Made by a program: the position numbers and the translations under genes. A DNA stretch of 63,501 nucleotides, the filler included, from Salisapilia sapeloensis CBS 127946 (Eukaryota; Protista; Oomycota): assembly GCA_023334545.1 (NCBI GenBank). It is 6 parts of 6 records of this genome, joined end to end, with 100 filler letters (N's around TTAATTAATTAA, not from the genome) between each part and the next. Parts side by side here need not be neighbours in the genome. Positions count along the whole stretch, not along the records: positions 56,913 to 59,346 come from JAADVB010000902.1; positions 59,447 to 63,501 come from JAADVB010000691.1; 4 more parts are not named here. One strand, given 5' to 3'. Below are positions 58,481-63,501 of the stretch, piece by piece. Position 1 is the stretch's first letter. Each line of letters starts with the position of its first letter. The notes below the pieces were generated by a model that saw nothing but the letters and a program-made list of their open reading frames with translations, made no database searches and was not told the origin of the DNA.

Positions 58481-59346
58481 TGTTCTTGAGAGAGTATATG
58501 AAATAGGAGGTCGGGGCTCGACGGACAAATGCGGAATGGACTGTCCCCTCGCTTTGCCCAGCACAAGAGACGAAAGGCGAGTTACCAAGTTACCAGTTAA
58601 CTTACAATGTAAAGATAAACATGTAACGTATTCTTCTGCAAAAGAGACCCCTGGCTTGAGGATTGATGTCTCTGAAGTACAGGGATGGGACTTTTTAAAT
58701 ATTGTATGAATACGTTTTGAAATTTGGAAAACTAAGTACATTCGACATCCAGCAGAATTTTATTGGGCTCTAGCTCTCTCTAGCGTTGATTCTCTTGATG
58801 AAGATTGTAGTTTTGGCAGACTGGGGTAACTTTTCTAGTGAAAACAATGTGAGCATTAGATCATCGCAGTAGACGATGCGCTGGAAAGAATGAGCAAGCG
58901 ATTGAAAGCCTTACAGAGTCATACTTTCTTCTGGAACTTCAATCCGTGTGTGCTGTCGTAAAGTGACTTGAGCTTGGTTCAAATGTTAATCTATTGATTG
59001 GATAGAGCTTCAGGGTTCAGCCGTAGATATAGAGGATTAATTTGAAAGCTATTTGAGTAAAGGGACGGAACTGTATACCAGCGTTTCCGAAAAGTGGCGC
59101 TTTAAAAAATGTCATTCCAAAAGATAAATCGATTCGATATTGGTAGTCATATTCATTTGCTATTTTATTCTAGGCTACACATCCTGCTGAAATCAACTGC
59201 TAAAAAAGTCTAGGCGACCTCTGGCTACCAAGCGACCGATCTTTTGCTTAAAAACGTCGCACGTGCTCTGGAAACTTGGCCCTTTACTTTTACGTAGAAG
59301 ATCATGATTGGTAGGATTTATGTGATGAAATGGAAAAAACAGAGTA

Positions 59347-59446
59347 NNNNNNNNNNNNNNNNNNNNNNNNNNNNNNNNNNNNNNNNNNNNTTAATTAATT
59401 AANNNNNNNNNNNNNNNNNNNNNNNNNNNNNNNNNNNNNNNNNNNN
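59347..59446. other. Artificial contig linker
   Basis: 44 N + TTAATTAATTAA + 44 N. Confidence 0.97.
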
Positions 59447-60771
59447 TAAGATGCCAACGGCAACCACGAGTACAGCGATAACCGGGATGGAGATGTAGAT
59501 GGCTTTCATGCTGCTGGAGTCTTCACTGTCGGACGCACTTTCGGACGCACTTTCGGACGCACTGTCGGACGCACTGTCGGAGGCACTGTTTAAGCCAGAC
59601 TCCGGATTGATCATATCCTCTAGATTCTCCGTGATACAGACGCTAGAGTTGTCTGGTAATTTCTCCACGTTCTCGCATCCAGACGTATTCACCTTATGGT
59701 TCATGGACACTGTTGCATTATTCAACAAATCAAAAATGTGTTGTGTCACGTTCACATTGGTCAGAGGATTGTCCTCGAACGAAAATATGGATAGCTCTGA
59801 GACGTCTTGAAGAGCTGTAGGTATGGATGTGAATTTATTATCATCGAGGTGTAGTTCATATATCCTGTTTGGAAGTTTCGTATCGAGCGAAGATAAGTTG
59901 TTGTGACGAAGGTTCAAATTCTCCATTTTCTCCGGTAATTCTGCTGTAAACGACGTCAAGTTGTTCCTCCTAAGCTTTAACCTGCTAAAGTCGGACCGAT
60001 TCAAGTCGGCATCAAAGTCAGTAATAAGGTTGCCACTGAGATCGAGCATTGTCAACCAGGTCATTGTAGGAATCTCCTTTGGAAGTTCTGTCAATAGACA
60101 GTTTAAAATACCTAGATACTCCAGTTGCATTTGAGTCATCTTGGTAAAGTCTGGGCGGCGTTCCGAGAAATCCATGTTGCCAAACTCTAAGGCCTTGACA
60201 GCGGGAGAATCGAGTAAAAAATTTCTTTTAAAGGTGACATTTGCCACCTTTCCTTTTACATAGTCTCTACTCGCTGTGGACCCACCTATAATCATCGTTA
60301 GCAGTCAAGCCATAGTTTTCGACTTTATATATCAAAAGTACCTTGGATATAGACTTTGTCAGCTTTGGAAGGGACTTTTATAGGTCCGACGGTATTCACC
60401 ACATCGTCACTATAATGCGCCCAGTCGCTTGTGTCGTCCGGTAACGAATCAAGCTCGTCTTTCCACCATTCCTCTTCACTGTGTTCTTTCTCCCAGTAGC
60501 TTTTGTAATCACCAAATGGGAGTAGTATGAACGTCGAGTTGCGCGTATCCTCATAACTATCGTCTTCCTTAAATTTTTGGCAATGAAAGTCGCATTCATC
60601 GCCATCCACTTGCCGAACGCACACTTCATCGCTATCGCACTCGTCCGAGCAGTCTGTTGTGAGCACATTGGCCAGGTTTCCACATACTCCATCATCTCCG
60701 CTTTGCGCTGCGCTTAATGAGATGGAGACTGCGAAAACGGCAGCGTATAGTAAGAGATCAGCACCACGCAT
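59447..60771 (-). CDS. Oomycete LRR receptor-like (TKL-kinase-type) protein; cytoplasmic part lost at the linker
   Basis: Signal peptide, Cys-rich acidic cap, intron 60286-60341, GG..DYVKGKVANV segment, LRRs (LDLSGNLI, LKLRRNNL, LNLRHNNL, LHLDDNKF), Ser-rich stalk and TM helix AIYISIPVIAVLVVAVGIL. Confidence 0.8.
59524..59589. repeat. 12-bp tandem repeat (about 5.5 copies) encoding SASD/SASE stalk
   Basis: cactgtcggacg / cactttcggacg units. Confidence 0.9.
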
Positions 60772-61154
60772 TCTCGTAACAGCAAAAGAGTCAGTCAGTT
60801 GAGTATGAGGGAGCGGGACAAATTTAATTTGAGGATTTGAGGACCTGATGATCAGCTAGCAGGTACAGAAAGTGCACCTGCTAAAATTGCTCTTGATTGG
60901 CTGCAAGCTTCTACCGAAAAGACAGCTAGATGTAAAGTCTATTGCCCCTAGACTAAACACTACAAATTCGACATCAATATACCTCACTTTCTATCCCTAT
61001 GGAGTAAACATCATGCGTCCTATGTATGCGAATGAACTTGTTGGAACCCAGCAACGCGATTGAAGAGTTATGATTTTCAGGCCTCACAGTTCGCTTTCAG
61101 TTTACAGGTAGCAGTGTTGTCAGTTCTCAGCACGTTCGTGCTCGACAACGTCGA

Positions 61155-62750
61155 TTGTGCGTCCTCATCCTAGCCAACTACCCGGCGCTAGCTTTGAATC
61201 CGCGACCCCCATCATGGTTACATGTATGTCCGTCCATTACTAAGGCTGACAAGCACTGGGCTTTAACACCAGCCTCGCCAGGAATTGCCCTTACCGAAGA
61301 GTGTACCGGGCAGTCTCGCCATCAAGGCTTCATGACGTCAATGCCGAATATAACAAGTTTGATCGCAGCTTCCTGTCAAATCGACCCCTCGGAAATTCAC
61401 TGCGCTCGGCACCCATTCATTGCCCGTTTCACGTCACCTTGGTTCGGTTCGATGTCTTCCTATGACTCTCGTCGTCTACTTAAAAAGGCGCTCTCGTCAG
61501 CGAATACACGTGCAGGAAAATTGGCAGTCCAACGTGTGAGTCTTAAGTGGCGCCAAGAGCATGAAACAATCTCCAAGGCTTTACACGACCTGACATGGGG
61601 CCAACTGCATCAGACCATTGGTTTTCGCGCCGCTGAGAGACGCCTTTTGTACAGGCTTAAACTCCATCGACTGTCGCTTTGGGATTCAAGCGGATCGGTT
61701 GCTACTTGTCCTCATGTGGCGTGTTGCAATTAGGACCAGAAACCCAGGCTACTGCACTTGTCACATCTCTTTTGGTACTGCCCTGCTGCCAGAGGAATAT
61801 GGGACAACTTCGTCACGACTTAGGCGCAACTGGGCATTTTCTGTAAGCTAGATACAAATGACTTTATCCATTCGGTCTTTGCTCTGGAAGTACCGCACAT
61901 TCCCTCCACGCTAGTGCACGCGAGTAGACTCCCTGCTAATCTATCGGCTCATGATGCCCTAGCGACCGCATAAACCTTAAGTCAGCAACTCTGGCAAGTC
62001 CACGTGGGCAGTGTACTCCATACACTCTGGCGGTGGTACTTAAGTCACAGATTAGAAGGCGACCCGTGGACATCCATCACTGCTCTTGCTTACCTTAACA
62101 AACGATTTTCGCTCCCAAGACGAATTCTGCAATGGCAGGATTCTCGTGACCGAAACTCTACGGCGGAAGCTATGAGGGCGATGTTCACTGCTGCTGAGGC
62201 TTACCTGAACCTCCCACTCTCGAACCTGTCTTCACCTTCAATAGATGCCAGTACCACTCATCTTCTATTCTTCGGTGGCGGTAACTGTAGAAACCCGGGC
62301 GCTGGCGGCTCTGACTTATTATCAAAGCTCATCTTCACTCTTGGGAGGCCAATCTCGTCTGGGTTACCAGCACATCTTACGCGTCACCAGCCACGACCAA
62401 CAACGTAGCCGAATATAAAGGTCTGATAACTGGTCTGAACGCGGCACGGCGTCTGAACCTCGCCGATTTACACGTGATCGGTGACAGTGCGATTATCTTG
62501 CGCCAATTGCGACACGGTATCTCTCCCAATGTATCTCATTCACGACCTTGTAGAAAGAAGCCCGGGCGTCAGATGCGACCGTAGGTGTTCGTTCGTGGAC
62601 ACATCATCTCCGACGATTAAATAGCATGGTGGACTCGGCAGCTAACATTGCCATGGACTCAAAGAGCACTCTCCAGGTCTCTGGATGGTCTTCACGAACA
62701 CGTGTGTCCACTATTCTCACTCACTTGTCTGATGACACTAGACAGTGATA
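61155..62750 (+). mobile_element. Decayed non-LTR retrotransposon (L1-like) 3' fragment: zf-RVT-like region and RNase H
   Basis: Broken frames give ATCPHVAC..HLFWYCPAARGIW (zf-RVT-like), then LFFGGG..NPGAGG, TTNNVAEYKGLITGL, LHVIGDSAIILRQL and NSMVDSAANIAMD (RNase HI motifs). Stops and frameshifts are present. Confidence 0.78.
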
Positions 62751-63501
62751 TCGCTACGAACCCCTTGGCTCACAGGAGCTAAGGTCAGAACATTTCAGTT
62801 TGGCTCTCACTCGTCAAGCGAGATTTTTGTCGCTCTAGAACAGGTCTCCTCTCAACGGCTATAAGCGCTCACATTAGGATGATAATGATGTAATGTAATA
62901 GACCATGGATACACCAAAAAATATCGGATGCTGATACAGATTCAATCCTTTAAGCCACCGCTGGTTGCATACCTAGCAGCCTAGTCGTCACTAGTTAGAA
63001 GAATAGTAAGCACTGCACACTTCCTTGGTAAAGTTGAGAATGAAGTTAAAACTTAAACGTCTCTACTGCTCTGCCTACTTCAACCTTGGGTTCCGCATTC
63101 CAAGTTTCCAACTCAGTCCTCACGTCAGTGTCCCTCGTAGTTAGTAGGTAAGGAGTAGAGTAAAAGAGAAGAAAAAGAAACCGTGTCCGTCGACCTGCAA
63201 GTAGATGACTTGACAACCATGGTCGCACAGTAGGTTTCCACTGGACGAACTCGCAATTCAAAACAGATGCTGATTCTTTTAAAGCCCGGTTATATGCAGG
63301 TTGGCGGTGATAATCTCGAACATAGATCACGGATAATTTTCGTCCAATTCCAGTACTTTGAACCCTCTATAAGAAACCTAAAATAAGTCCGTGCTTGGAG
63401 AGAAAATTCAGAATGTTGTATTGGTGTTCGCTCTACTCTTCTTAACCTGATTCTAACCTAGTATATGAAATGAATTGTTCGTAACAAAACCCCAGAAAGT
63501 A

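Noticed and set aside
63046-63330. 94-aa minus-strand ORF at the window end
   Set aside because: No ATG start, no recognisable motif, and it lies next to TE-derived sequence.

Overview
Eukaryotic, almost certainly oomycete (stramenopile), genomic DNA. Evidence: short GT-AG introns of about 50-75 nt, oomycete INR-FPR core-promoter motifs, an elicitin-like gene, oomycete-type bZIP-associated and C-x4-C-x9-C-x2-H repeat genes, and flagellar genes (DNAI1, IQUB, roadblock). The window is six contigs joined by five identical artificial 100-nt linkers (44 N + TTAATTAATTAA + 44 N), so adjacency across linkers is unproven. Contigs 1 and 2 (1-19449, 19550-46955) are gene-dense housekeeping regions (RABL6, 2x MAPEG, SDR, ELL, DYNLRB, IQUB, USP36/42-like, ankyrin, DGAT2, Miro, DNAI1, RAV1/DMXL, RAD17, lipase). 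The highlight is contig 48661-56812, an apparently intact chromodomain-bearing Ty3/Gypsy LTR retrotransposon on the minus strand. It has LTRs with 8-bp terminal inverted repeats, a PBS, a PPT and a canonical-looking -1 frameshift signal (C CCA AAU + 6 nt + 10-bp hairpin). It also carries a 565-codon antisense ORF with its own INR-like start, a Cys/His cluster, an R/D/S-rich tract and a coiled coil. That ORF overlaps the last ~990 nt of pol, including the chromodomain, in a non-shadow frame. Two co-varying 8-bp hairpins sit in a large integrase insertion. The last contigs hold a CAP-domain secreted protein, a truncated LRR receptor-like gene and a decayed LINE with an archaeal-type RNase H. All calls are by eye from sequence motifs; no database searches were run.
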